Origin: Camelus dromedarius
Lineage: Eukaryota
Length of the DNA: 64,000 nucleotides
Reading direction: 5' to 3'
NCBI RefSeq assembly: GCF_036321535.1
Contig: NC_087472.1
Location: forward strand, 91,080,001 to 91,144,000
In this document: in pieces, positions 25,065 to 38,211 of the stretch
Numbering within the stretch: the first letter of the stretch is position 1
Layout of the letters: each line of letters starts with the position of its first letter
Translations under genes and position numbers: made by a program
The notes under the pieces: generated by a model
The model's database searches: none
What the model was told of the DNA's origin: nothing
Seen by the model: only the letters and a program-made list of their open reading frames with translations

Positions 25065-25628
25065 ATATTTTTTTATTGAGTTATAGTCAGTTTACAATGT
25101 TGTGTCAATTTCCAGTGTAGTGCACAATTTTTCAGTTATACATGAACATACATATATTCATTGTCACATTCTTTTTTGCTGTGAGCTACCACAAGATCTT
25201 ATATATAGTTCCCTGTGCTATACAGTATTATCTTGTTTATCTATTCTGCATATGCCTGTCAGTATCTACATATTTTGAATTCCCAATCTGTCCCTTCCCA
25301 CCTTCCCCCCTGGCAACCACAAATTTGTATTCTATGAGTCTGTTTCTGTTTTGTATTTATGGTTTTTTTTTTTTTTTTTTTTTTTTTAGATTCCACATAT
25401 GAGCGATCTCATATGGTATTTTTCTTTCTCTTTCTGGCTTACTTCACTTAGAATGACATTCTCCAGGAACATCCATGTTGCTGCAAATGGCGTTTTGTTG
25501 TCGTTTTTATGGCTGAATAGTATTCCATTGTATAAATATACCGCCTCTTCTTTATCCAGTCATCTGTTAATGGACATTTAGGCTGTTTCCATGTCTTGGC
25601 TATTGTAAATAGTGCTGCTATGAACATT
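25065..25628 (-). mobile_element. Younger L1 3' fragment nested in the 24190-28143 L1
   Basis: Closely similar to 44385-44915 (the young L1 3' end) and interrupts the host ORF2 sequence. Confidence 0.85.
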
Positions 25629-27418
25629 ATATTTCATATTAGTTCTTTGTATATTTTGGATTTTAGTCTTTTGTCAGGTATGATTTGCAGATATTTTCTC
25701 CCTTTCTGTAGATTGCCTTTTCCTTATCTTGATGGTTTCCTTTGCTGTACAGAAGAATTTTGGTTTGATGTAGTCTCACTCGTTTATTTTTGCTTTTGTT
25801 GCCTTTTGTTTTGGTGTCAGATGCCAAAAAATGATCACTAAGACCTATGTCATGGAGCTTACCACCTGTGTTTTCTTCTAGGAGTTTTATGGTTTCAAAC
25901 TGGTCATATATTCAAGTCTTTAATGCATTTTGAGTTGATTTTTTGTGTGTATGGTATAAGATAGTGCTCCAGTTTATTCTTTTGCGTGTGGCTGTCCAGT
26001 TTTCCCAACACCATTTAATGAAGAGACTGTCCTTTCCCATTGTATACTTTTGGTTCCTTTGTCATAAATTAGTTGACCATGTATGTATGGTTTTATTTAT
26101 GGACTCTATATTCTGTTCCATTGATCTATGTGTCTGTTTTTATGCCAGTACCACACTGTTTTGATTGCTATCGCTTTTCAATATATTGAAATCCAAAAGC
26201 ATGGTGCCCCCAGCTTTGTTCTTCATTCTCAGGATTTCTTTGGCTATTAGTGGTCTTTTGTGATTCCATACAAATTTTAGGATTGTTTGTTACCTTTTTG
26301 TGGAAAATACCATTACCATTGGAATTTTGATAGGGATTGCATTGAATCTGGAGATTGCTTTGGGTAGTATGGACATTTTAACAATATTAGTTCTTCCAGT
26401 CCATGAATGTGGAATGTCTATTTATTTCTGTCTTCAGTTTCTTTTATCAGTATCTTGTGGTTTTCAAGATCTTTCATCTCCTTGATTGAATTTATTTCTA
26501 TGTATTTTACTTTTCATGCAATTGTAAATAGGATTATTATCTTAATTTCTCTTTCTCATAATTTGACATTAGTGTAAAGAAACAGATTTTTGTGTATTGA
26601 TTCATATCCTGCAACTTTATTGAATTTGTTTATTACTTCTAACAGATTTTTGATGGAGTCTTTAAAGTTTTCTGTATATAATATGTCATCAGCAAGTATT
26701 GATAGTTTTACTTCTTTTCAAATTTGGATGCCTTTTATTTCTTTTTCTTGCCTAATTACTCTGGCTAAGACTTCCAATGCTATGCTGAATAAAGATGATG
26801 AGCATGGACATCCTTGTCTTTTTCTTGATCTTAGAGGAGAAGCTTTAAGGTTTTCACTCTTCAATATGATGTTAGCTGTGGGCTTGTTGGATATGTCCTT
26901 TTATTATGTTTAGGTCCATTTCTGTTTCATTGAGTTTTTATCATAAATGAATGTTGGATTTTGTCACATGCTTTTTCTGCATCCCTTGAGATGATCATAT
27001 GATTTTTATCCTTCATTTTGTTTATGTAGTATATCACGTTGATTCATTTGCAGGTGTTGCACCATTCTTGCATCCCTGAAATAAATCCATTTGGTTATAG
27101 TGTATGATCCTTTTAATATATTGTTGAATTTGGTTTGCTAACATTTTATTGAGGATTTTTGTATCTATGTTCATCAAGCATATTGGTCTGTAATTTTCTT
27201 TTCTTGTGGTATCCTAGTTTAGTTTTGTTATCAACCTAATGCTGGCCTTGGAAAATGAGTTTGGAAGTGTTCTCTCTCTCCTCTTCTATTTTTTGGAAGG
27301 CTTTGAGAAAGATTCATATTAATTCTTCCTTGACTGTTTGCTAGAATTCACCAATGAAGCTGTCTGGACCAGGACTCTTGTTTGTTGGGAGATTTTTGGT
27401 CACTGATTCAGTCTCCCC

Positions 27419-27548
27419 TTTTTTGGTGGGGGGTGGTGATTAGATTTATTTATTTAGTCTTTATTTTTTAAATGGAGGTACTGGGGATTCAACCCAGGAC
27501 CTTGTGCATACTAGGCACGCACTCTACCACTGAGCTATGCCTCCCCCC
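27419..27548 (-). mobile_element. tRNA-derived SINE, camelid Vic-1-like, inserted in L1
   Basis: Reverse complement reads GGGGGGAGGCATAGCTCAGTGGTAGAGTGCGTGCCTAGTATGCACAAGGTCCTGGGTTGAATCCCCAGTACCTCC. Flanked by a degenerate duplication ATTCAGTCTCC / ATTTAATCTCC. Confidence 0.85.
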
Positions 27549-29079
27549 ATTTAATCTCCTTAATAGTAATTGGTCTACCCATATTTTCTATTTCTTCATA
27601 ATTCAGTCTTGGAAGGTTGTATGTTTATAGGAATTTATCTGTTTCTTCTAGGTTTTCCAATTTGTTGGCATATAATTTTTCATTGTAGTCTCTTGTGATC
27701 CTTTGTATTCCTGTGGTATCACATGTAAATATTAGACAATTTTGTTTACTTTTTCAAAGAGCTAGCTCTTAGTTTCATTGATCTTTTCTGTGGCCTTTTG
27801 GTCTCTGTTTCATTTATTTCCACTCTGATCTTTGTTATTTCCTGCATTCTACTAACTTTGGGTTTCATTTGTTCTTTTTTCTAGTTCCTTGAACTGTTAT
27901 GTTTCATTGTTTATTTGTGATGTTTCTTGTTTCTTGAGGTAAGCATTTTTTGCTGTGAACTTCACTCTTAGAACTGCTTTTGGTGTGTGTCATAATTTTT
28001 GGCATGTTGTATTTTCATTTTCATTTGTCTCAAGGTATTTTTTTGACTTCTCTGTTGACCTGTTAGTTGTTTAGTAGCATGTTGTTTAATCTCCACATAC
28101 TTGAATTTTCTAATTTTATGCCATTGTCAGAAAAGATGCTTGATTTCTTCTTACAACTGTTTGTGATTGCATAGGTCTGATGGGGAGGGAAGGGTCTAGG
28201 GGAAAACGGGAAGTGACTACTAATCAGTGCAGCATTTCTTTCTGTTCTGAAAATGATTATAGTGATGGTTGTACAACCCTGTGAATGTGCTAGAAAAACA
28301 CTGATTTGTACACTTTAAATGGGTGAATTAAATGAGTATATGTAAAAACTGTTAAAAAAAAAAGAATGGAGGAAACTTCATTAAGGAATCTTAATGAAGA
28401 TAATATGTAGACAATAAACAGTAAAAGAGCATAACTGTAATGCCAATACATTTGAAAATTCAGATGAAATGGACAAATTTTTTAAAAAATGTAACTTACC
28501 AAACAGTTGTAAGAAGAAATCAAGCATCTTTTCCAACATATATACTCCCCTACCCTCAACATCACTCATCAGTATGGCATATTTGGTACAATTGATGAAA
28601 CAACATGGACACATTATTATCAACCAAAGTCCATAGTTTGCATTAGTGTTTACTCTTGATGTTGTACATTCTATGGGTTTTGACAAGTGCATAATGACAT
28701 ATAGCCACCACTATGGTATCATACAGAATAATTTCATTGCCCTAAAAATCCCTTGTGCTCCATCTTTTAATTCCTCCCTCCCTCCCTGTCCCCAAACCTC
28801 TGGGAACCATGATCTTTTTATTGTTTCTGTAGCTTTACCTTTTCCAGAATGTCATTTGGTTGGAATCGTACAGTTTGTAACCTTTTCAGACTGGCTTCTT
28901 TAATTTAGCAGTATGTCTTTTAAGTTTCTTCTATGTCTTTCATGGCTTGATAGATCTTTTTTTTTTTTACTACACATATATTTTTTAATTTACATATATA
29001 TACTGTTCATTTTTTCTAAGAATGTTTAGAGCTTTAGCTTTTTAAACTTACATAGTTATTAAAGGAATAATGCCAACCA

Positions 29080-29322
29080 TAAAATAAGAATTAAGTCAAA
29101 AAGATACATACACCTTGCTATTAAGAGCAACATTATTTATAATTGCCAAGATGTGGAAGCATCCTAAGTGCACACCAATAGTTGAATAGACAATGGAGAT
29201 GTTCTATACACACACACACACACACACACCTTGGCCATCATTACTTTAAACTCTTTCTCAAATAAATTACCTGTCTCCTTATCACTTATTTCTTCTTCTG
29301 GGATTTTATCTAGGTGTGTATG

Positions 29323-29373
<51 letters not shown>

Positions 29374-29822
29374 AGAAATAAACTTAACCAAGGAGGTTAC
29401 CTGTACTCTGAAATATATATACACACACACACATATATAATGGAATACAACTCACCCATAAAAAAGGATATTTTTGCCGTTTGTGGCCCTTCATTCACTT
29501 TTTTTTCCACTTCAAAAACCACAATTTTATAACTGGCAGAGACATTTCCATTACACCAAGAACAACAAAATACCTAGAAATAAACTTAACCAAGGAGGTT
29601 ACCTATACTCTGAAAACCAAAATGACACAAAGAAATGGAGAGATTTCTTGTGCTCTTGGATTGGAAGAATCAACACTATCAAAATGGCCACACTGCCCAA
29701 AGCAATCCACAGATCCAGTGCAACCCCCATCAAAATACTCATGACGTTCCTCACAGAACTAGAACAAACAATTCCAGAATTTATAAGGAGCCACAAAAGA
29801 CCCTGAACAGCCTAAGCAATCT
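29080..29822 (+). mobile_element. Scrambled sense-strand L1 fragments with CA/TA microsatellites
   Basis: ORF2 peptide KKWRDFLCSWIGRINTIKMATLPKAIHR at about 29630-29800. ORF2-end/3'UTR-like sequence at 29080-29490 is interrupted by repeats and short duplicated segments. Confidence 0.8.
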
Positions 29823-29825
29823 TTT

Positions 29826-31705
29826 GTAGGTCTCTTTTCTTGCTTCTCTTTCTTCTTTTTGTTCTCTTCTCTTACGGTTTGATGACTAGAGAAGGTCTTT
29901 TAACATTTGTTGTAAAGCTGGTTTGGTGGTGCTGAAATTTTTTAGCTTTTGTTTATCTGTGAAGCTTTTGATTTCTCCATCAAGTCTGAACGAGAGCCTT
30001 GCTGGATAGAGTATTCTTGTTTGTAAGTTTCCCCCTTGCATCACTTTAAATATATCATGCTACTCCCTTCTGGCCTGTAGAGTTTCTGCCGAAAAATCAG
30101 CTGATAACCTTATGGGAGTTCTCCTGTAAATTATTTGTTGCTTTTCTCTTGCTAATTTTAATATTTTCTCCTTATCCTTAATTGTTGTCAATTTGATGAC
30201 TATGTGCCTTTTTGTGTTCCTCTTTGAGTTAATTCTGTGTGGTACTCTTTGCACTCCCAGGACTTGGGTGACTGTTTCCTTTCCGAAGTTGGGGAAGTTT
30301 TCGGCTGTTATCTCTCCAGAAATTTTCTCAGGTCATTTCTCTCTGTCTTCTCTTTCTGGTACCCCTATAATGCGAATATTAGAGCACTTCATGTTGTCCC
30401 AGAGTTCTCTTAAAACTATCCTCATTCCTTTTTATTCTTTTTTCTGTTCTGAAGTAGTGATTCCCACTAATCTGTCTTCTAGCTTACTGATCTGTTCTTC
30501 TGCCTCATTTAGTCTATTCTTGGTTCCTTCTAGTGTGTTGTTCATTTCAGTGATTTTATTCTTCAACTCTGTTTGGGTATTCTTTATATTTTCCAACTCT
30601 TTGCCAAGAAACTCACTCTGCATCTATATTCCTCTTGAGTTCTCTGAACATCTTGGCCATCATTACTTTAAACTCTTTCTCAGATAAATTACCTATCTCC
30701 TCATCACTTATTTCTTCTGGGATTTTATCTTATGCCTTGGCCTGGGAGATGTTCCTTTGCCGCCTCATATTGTCTTTCTATGTGTTTGTGTATTCCTTCC
30801 ACAGGCTTTGGGATTACTGTTTTCTTATTTCTGGTATCTGCCCCTGGTGGATGAGGCTGGACTAGAGGCTTATGCAGGTTTCCTGGCAGGAGGAGCCAGT
30901 GCCTTCCCACTGCTGGGTGAAGCTTGGTCCTGGACCTCTGGTGGGTAGGGCTGTGTCCAGAGGCCTTTGTGGCTTAGGAGGTCTGATGATGGGTGGGGCT
31001 ATGTTCCCACCTTGTCTGTTGCTTGGCCTGAGGCTTCCCTACAGGCTGTTGGGTGGGGCTAGGTCTTGGTGCTAATGATCCAATCAAGATGTCAGCCTCT
31101 GGAAAGCTCATATAGATTAACACTCACAGAATGTCTGCCATGAGCTTTTATGTTCCCTGACTGAGTGCAGCCATCCCCCACGTCCCCAGAAAACCCTCCA
31201 AATCCAGTAGTCAGGTCTGGCCCAGGTTCCTATGGAATCACTGCCTCTGCCCTTGGACCTGATGCATGTGAGTTTCTGTGTATGCTTCTCAAGCGAATGG
31301 AGTCTCTGTTCCCCTAGTCACGTGAGGCTCCCAGAACCAAGCCCCCCTAGCCTTCAAAACCAGATGTCCTGGGGTCCCCTTCTCTTCCCAGTGCCCGGAC
31401 CCAACCTGGGAAGTCTGACATGGGGCTTAGAGCTCTCACTCCTGTGGGAGGGCCTCTGTGACTTAACAGATCTTCAGCTTGTGGGTCATCCACCCAGGGG
31501 GTATGGGGCCCAATTATATCACGAGCACGCCCCTCCTACCATCCTGCTGTGGTTCTCTCTTTATGTTTCCAGTTGCAGAAGATCTTTTTTGCTAGGTTCC
31601 AGTCTTTTTTCAGTGGTTGTTTAGCATTCAGTTGTGGTTTTGTTGTAGTTGCAAGGAGAGGCAAATTCGAGGTCCTACCACTCCACCATCTTGATCATAA
31701 CTCCA
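29826..31705 (-). mobile_element. L1 5'UTR and degraded ORF1
   Basis: ORF1p peptides ELKNKITEMNNTLEGTKNRLNEAEEQISKLEDR and QRVPHRINSKRNTKRHIVIKL...PIRLSADFSAETLQARRE. The 5' end has a YY1-like CAAGATGGTGG, and the 5'UTR is homologous to 55640-56070. Confidence 0.9.
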
Positions 31706-34700
31706 CCCATGTGTGTAAATTTTTAATCCAGTCTGATAATCTTTCTCTGTTTTGGAACATTTAATTCATTTATATTTAATGTAATTACTGACATTTTGAG
31801 ATTACATAAGCATCACATTTTTGTCCCATCTGTTCTCCTTTTTCTCTTCCTTTCATTTGATTATTTTTTATGTCAGCTTTACTTTATTGGTTCAGATATC
31901 ACATATTCATTTCAATTATTTTCATGATTACCCTAGCACTTACAGCATGCATACTTTACTTAATCAAATTCTCATGTTAATTGATAATTTTATCTTCCTT
32001 GGGGTTGAAGCAAGAACATTAAAACACTTGTGTTCCATTCACCCATCTCCAGGCATACATGCTCTTGTTGTGTAAGTTAATATTCTGTATGTATGTTTTT
32101 CTACAAAAAGCTGTACATATTTAATGTGTGTAACTTGATGAGTTTGGAGATAAGTTTCTGTACATATTTTAAATCCCACAAGACATTTTATACAATCAAT
32201 GTTTTAGATTTTTCACATGCTTACTTAAGCTTTCATGGTTCTTTATTTATTTCTGCATCTGTGACCTTCCATTTTAGGTCAGTTTTCTTTATCATTTTTT
32301 AGTGGGGTTCTGCTCGATGTGAACTCTGCTTTTATTTGAGAATAAATTTCACTTTCATTCTTGATGGATATTTTTTCTGCAGTGGAATACTAGGTTGGCA
32401 GTTGTTTTTCTTTCTGCTTCTTAGGAATTCATTACATAATTTTTTAGCTTTCACTTTTGTTGTTGAGAATTAAGCTATCTGTGTAACTGTTGCTTCTTTG
32501 AAAGTAATCTTTTTCCTCAGAATGCTTTTAAGTTTTTCTTTGTTGATTTTTAGCTAGGAATTCATGAAAGTTCTTGAATTTGTGGCTTGACATCTTTGAT
32601 CATTTTTGGAAATTTTCAACCATTCAGATATTGCTTCTGCCCCATACTGTCTCTATTTTCCTTCTGGAATTCCAATTAAGTATGTTGGATGTTAGACCTT
32701 CTTATTGTATTCTCATGTTTCTTACCTTCTGTTCATTCTGGGCTTTTCTCCCCCTGACCTGTCTCTGATTGACTGTCTAAACTGTGTCCATTGGCTTTTA
32801 AAGCTGTTCATTGAATTATTTCAGTTTTTATAATTTCAGTAACAGAATTACTCTTTGCTTCTTTTAAAAATCTGGTATATCACCTATTTATGGCTTCTAG
32901 TTTATTGCCAAGATTCTTAAGTTTGGTTTCCATCTCCTTGAACATAGTAAGCATAATTTAAAATCTGTTGGATAATTCCAGTATTTAAAGTCTCTGAGAG
33001 TCTCTTTTTATTGTTTGTTTGTATGGCTTTCGATCTTCTCTTGTCTTCCCATGTGTGTGGTTGTCTTTAATTGTATGCTGGGTGTTGGAGTTGAAAAAAT
33101 AACTTGAGAAATTATTTGAGATGGGGATGATATCTTCCAGGAAGGATTTTTTTCATTGGGTGGTATCTTCTTGAGGGAATCTAGGATTACCTAGACTAAT
33201 CTCAGCTTTCAAGATTTTTCTGGGCCAACCAGATGACTCAAGGCCAAATCGCATTCAGTGTATGGACTGTTTACTTTCTGGCTCATTCATATTTCTGAGG
33301 TGCAGCCTTTCAGGTTCCTAACCTGAAGATGGGAAATAGGATTTTCCTTTCGCCCCTCTGGGCCTACCTAGGTGTCAAATACAGTTTAACTTCTAGTTTC
33401 TTCTGTGTTGCTGGGCTCACCTCTCTGAATTCTGGTCTTTTAGTGGATGTGAAAGCACTATCTTGTTGGCTCTTTGATCTTTAAGGAAGTCGTTTCTTAT
33501 ATTTTGTCTAGCTCTATTACTTCTCTTTAGTGGGAAGGTTGGGTCAGATTACCTAATGTGCCATAACCAAGAGAAGTCCTCCTGCTGGCTCTTTATAGTA
33601 GAACATGATTTTGTCATGTTTTCCAGGACTTCAGACTCAGCACCTAGTTCTCTTTAAGTTTTGTTTTATATAGCTGTACTCACTTGGATAATTTTGTACA
33701 TACTTAGTATAAGGTTACTTTCTGTTTGTATGTGTGTAATTATAAATAGTTACCTGAATACTCAGCAGGATTTTAGTTTCTTTAGCCTTGGGCAGTTTCT
33801 AGCCCTTGACAATTGACAGATTTATTGTATTTAAGTTTCATCTAAAAATAGTCTCTGGAATGACTCTGAGAACTTGAAATCCCTCTTAATTGCTTTTGAA
33901 ATTGGGATGTACAATATCAACTAAGTTTCTTTTTCTCTCATAGAAAAGAAAAGAATGGTTTCCTAGTTATACTATAACCATCATGACTTCTGTCTTATGT
34001 ACCTATTTGTAGATATAATATATATCTGTCCTTATGAAATAGAAAAAAAAAAAAAAGAGGCTGTTCTGCTGAGATTCCTATTTGCTGCCATGTGAGAGCT
34101 CCAAAACAACCTCTTGAGTGAATATGGTGCTTTACAAATTACAAACATTTTCCTTCTGTGTAAATTAAATCTCACAACAGCCTTGTGAGATGTGGTATTA
34201 AGCAAAGGAGTTGGAAACAGGCCTAAGAGACATTAAGAAACTTGTCTTTGGCCCCACACCTGGCGAATGGTATATGTTCTTTGTCTATGACTGTTACAGT
34301 GTTTTATGTCAGCTGTTGTGGCCTGTTAACGCTTGTCTGTAGACAGACACTCACTGACTTCCCAGTCTTGTCATGTTATGTTTTCTTCTTTCTGTACACC
34401 ATATAATATAATGACCTCATGACTCATATCCTAAAGATTGAGATGATTGGGAAATGACTCCTTCATATCCAATCCTCACTGCCCCTCACCCCACCCCATT
34501 TCTAGAACGTGGTCACACCAGCTTTGGAATTTGCCAACTCCTCTGCCCTGTTGGAGAGCTTGCTTTGTCACTAATTCTTTCTCACCCCACATGTACAGTT
34601 AATCCCTTTCCCTCTCTTTAGACATGCCTCAGTTTCTCTAATTCTGAAAAAGATGCCTCTTTTCTTTCCAGTGCATTTGATATTTTTCTTGTTACTCTTC

Positions 34701-36696
34701 ACGGTTAAACTCAAACTATCTTACTCCCTTAACTGGGTATCTTCCGTAAGCCTTCCTTTCTTGCTTCTCTAATCACTCTTGGTAAGATCCCAGCCAAAAT
34801 CTTGTTTGCTCTGATCCTTTGAATCTTAGGGAGAGCAAAAAGCTTTTATGCCTTAGACCCCTTTCCCAGCAGTAGAGTCACTGCTCTTGTATGTTTGGTG
34901 GTTCTTCTGCTTCTGAATGGTGCTCACATCTCTTCAACATCCTTGTAATGATAACCTTAAACAGTCATCTTACGTTAGGACTGTGAATGTCAAATGCCCT
35001 TGTTTCCTTGGAGCGTATTTAGTTACATGGTGTTCAGTTACTACATGTTTAAGGGTATGAGTATGCTGCTGCCTCAAATTTAGTAATACTCCATTTTATC
35101 TTGAGAAGTAGTGTGTGTATGTTTTAAATTAATATTAATTGATGTTTAAATATAATGGTTTTGGCTCTTAAGGGTTTTATCTCTGGACTGCCTTAAGAAC
35201 CCTCTTAGTAGTTTTATATCTTCAGCTTTTTCTGTGGGCTCTGTACAAAATAATGAAAATCATCAGCTTTTAAGTATTATTTTGAATATATTGTTTTTTT
35301 CTCCTTAAAGGAAAAATGTAGTGACTCTGATTTTTTCATTTTTAACTTTTTTATTTGTGTACATTTCCAAATAAACAACACAATAACAGACAAAATAAAT
35401 ACAAAACACAAAAAGTTCAGTGAACCTCTTTGCTGCAGTCATCAACATTTCACCATACTCGTTTCACTGTGAAGACTTACTTCATCCCTAAATAACATGT
35501 ATCTAAAACAACACATTTTCTTAGATAAGCACGTGTTGTCATATACAACACACCTGATAATGGTTCTGTAATTGCATATATAATACTTAGTCCATGTTCA
35601 AGTTTCTCCAGTTGTCTAAAAATTCTTTTTTTGTAGTCAGTTTGATTCATGAGAGGGTTCAGGTGGTGATAGCCTGATCCCATCATGAAGCCCCACTTTT
35701 CACCTAATGCTTTTACCATTCATTGATTACCATTTCATGGATTATTTAAATAAAAGTTGCAAAATTATGATATAATTTAGTCACTTCTGCTATTACTAGC
35801 TGAAAATTTTCTCTCTGGAAGAACTTTTTCCTCATTCACTAAAGAAAGCCAGTTGATTAACCTGTAGTATCTAGTCAATTCATGAGTTGTTAATATCCTC
35901 TGTTGGGGAACAGAAGACTGCTTTTTTTTTTTTTAGCTGAAACTATTTTATTTCATGAATTCTTACAATAAAGTACTTTTCTTCCTTCTTGATGAAGTTA
36001 AACTTATTGTTGAATGGTATATTAGTGATTTTGTGGGTAGGGTTATGGAGAGTGCCTCCCAATCCTGAGTGAGCAGTTCTGATTCTCTTGAGAAGGTGTA
36101 GCTGCGGGGAGTCAGGGGGAAAAAGGAAAAAAACATACTCCCTTCACTGTTGGGCCTTGCACTGAGAGTGTGATGTGTACTTGGAGTGTGGAAATTTAAA
36201 CATTCTTGTACTTTACCAGAGAATAAATGAGACTCAGCATAGAGTCATTTAAATTTATAGACCTGTGGCCCTTAAGGGGCCTTAGCACAGTTTTGTAGTC
36301 AAACCCATTAAAATGTAATGACTAGTATATCAAGGGGAACTGTAGGGACCCCTGATGTTTTGCCAGGGATGCAGCTAAGGTTTTTATGCTAGCTTTCTCT
36401 GAAGCCAAATCCTCAGAGAAGCTTTGGCAATCCCCTCTGCTGTTGGCTAGCTCTGCCTTAGGCACTAGAGGTGACTTACTGGGAAAAAGTACAGGGAAGT
36501 TCAAGCAGTCACATGAGCTTTTTGTTAGTATCAATCAAATATAAACTTCATTTACTGAAATTTCTGGTAGTAAAGGTGTGCAAATGGCTGTTTTCTTTTT
36601 CATGATCTTTTATTTATACACTGTCACTTGCTCACATGGTCTTCCTTAAACATTTCACAGTTTGAATCTTACCTCTTTGGTCTTTCATTTATTTAG

Positions 36697-36801
36697 GATA
36701 GTGTCTTCAGCGTTCTCTTCAAGTTTTTTTTTTACTGTGAATTATTGCGTATCAAACTGGACAAGGTATTAGTTGAAGTTTCACCAGTTGAAACACTGGA
36801 G
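36697..36801 (+). other. TAB3: Probable non-coding 5'UTR exon of TAB3 (105 nt)
   Basis: Acceptor TCTTTCATTTATTTAG|G and donor GAG|GTAAGG in non-repetitive sequence retaining two CpGs. TAB3 has several non-coding 5' exons in human, as I recall. Confidence 0.6.
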
Positions 36802-37590
36802 GTAAGGAGTGTTTAGCTGTGTGTCTGTGTATTCTTGCAAAAAGTGAAACATTTTCTTGAAAACAAATCTGTATTGCTATTTAACATGTTGTTTACCCCA
36901 CCCCCTCACCCCTATCCCTTTTGTGCATTTAAGAGCAAGGATGAAAAAAATAAAAGATAGATGTCCAGGTTGTTTCATATGTTTAAATTTAGGCTCTAAA
37001 TCAGGACTCCAAGTAAATTCTTTGTATAATTCATTTACTATTAGAAACCTCACCAGCAAATGAAAGGGTGACTTCGCAGTTCATTTTGAATAAAATCAGG
37101 TCCCAGACACAGTGGTTGGAGTTGGTGGAGTTTGAAAGACCTGCCCCAAGGAGTAACTGAGTGTGCATGCATATGCTGATTTTCCAACTTCCTAGTTTTT
37201 ATCGTAATAAAATACTTCTTAGTTTCAGATACATGTTCAATAAATGAGTTGTATTGGTGATATGTCTAGTATTATAAACAAATAAGGGTATAATTTTTTT
37301 CATGGTATTGGAGTATAATTTCATTGGTAGATCTGATCAGGAAAGACTGTATAGCAGTCTCAGCTTTGATTTCTAGATAGCTTATCTTTCCACCTTATAG
37401 TAATGTTCCCATTCTTGTTAACATCTGTTTCTTAGTGTAATAACATATGTGGATGTGTGTTGTGAATTAAATACTAAACGAGATGTTATGAGGCCTGTTT
37501 TATAGTCTTGGCTTTCTAGCAAGTTTTTAAATCTCTCTAGCCTTCAGTTTCTTCTTCTATAAAACAAGGAGATTGTACTGAGGTTGGATT

Positions 37591-37803
37591 CAAGGTTTCT
37601 TAGCCTTGGCACTATTGACGTTTTGGTCTGGATGATTCTTTGCTGTCAGGGGCTGTCCTGTGCACTGTAGGATGCTTAGCAGTATCCCTGACCTCTGTCA
37701 TCCAATTGTCAGTAGCACCTCTCCTCAGTATGACAACCAGAAATATCTCTAGTCATTGCCACATGTGCCTTGTGGGGCAAAATCGCCCAGTTGAGAACCA
37801 TTA
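37591..37803. mobile_element. MER20 (hAT DNA transposon)
   Basis: CCTTGGCACTATTGACGTTTTGG...GGCTGTCCTGTGCACTGTAGGATG...TTGAGAACCA; homologous to 60221-60421. Confidence 0.8.
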
Positions 37804-38211
37804 CATTAGATTATGTGCAGAGTTCCTCCCAACTTTATAATTCTATTGTTCTTGTTTTAAAAAATCCAGTTCTTTGCAACCCAGCTTAAATGTCATCTCT
37901 TCCGTGAAGCTTTCCCCATTTTTTTTTTTGGCCCTACTTAAATATTTCTTTTTTATGACAACTTATAGGACTTACATGTTAAGTCTGTTATAACTCTCAG
38001 TGGGTTTCTCTCTCTTTGAGGACATGAGCTTGCTATATCTCCAAGCCAAGTGCTCAGATTTTATTAAATGAACAATGGACTCAGGAGTATTGAAGGTTAG
38101 ACATTTTAAAATAAATGATTATAAATGGCATTTTTGTTAATCTTTTAAACCCTTCCAGTAGGAAATTCCCACAGTTTGTGATCTTGAATTTCTGGGTTAA
38201 GGACACTGATG

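Larger units (their letters stand above)
24190..28143 (-). mobile_element. 5'-truncated L1 (3'UTR and degraded ORF2) with nested L1 3' end and SINE
   Basis: Minus-strand ORF2 C-terminal peptides [13 protein letters not shown]...DICTPMFI and [13 protein letters not shown], with continuous antisense ORF2-like sequence. Confidence 0.9.
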
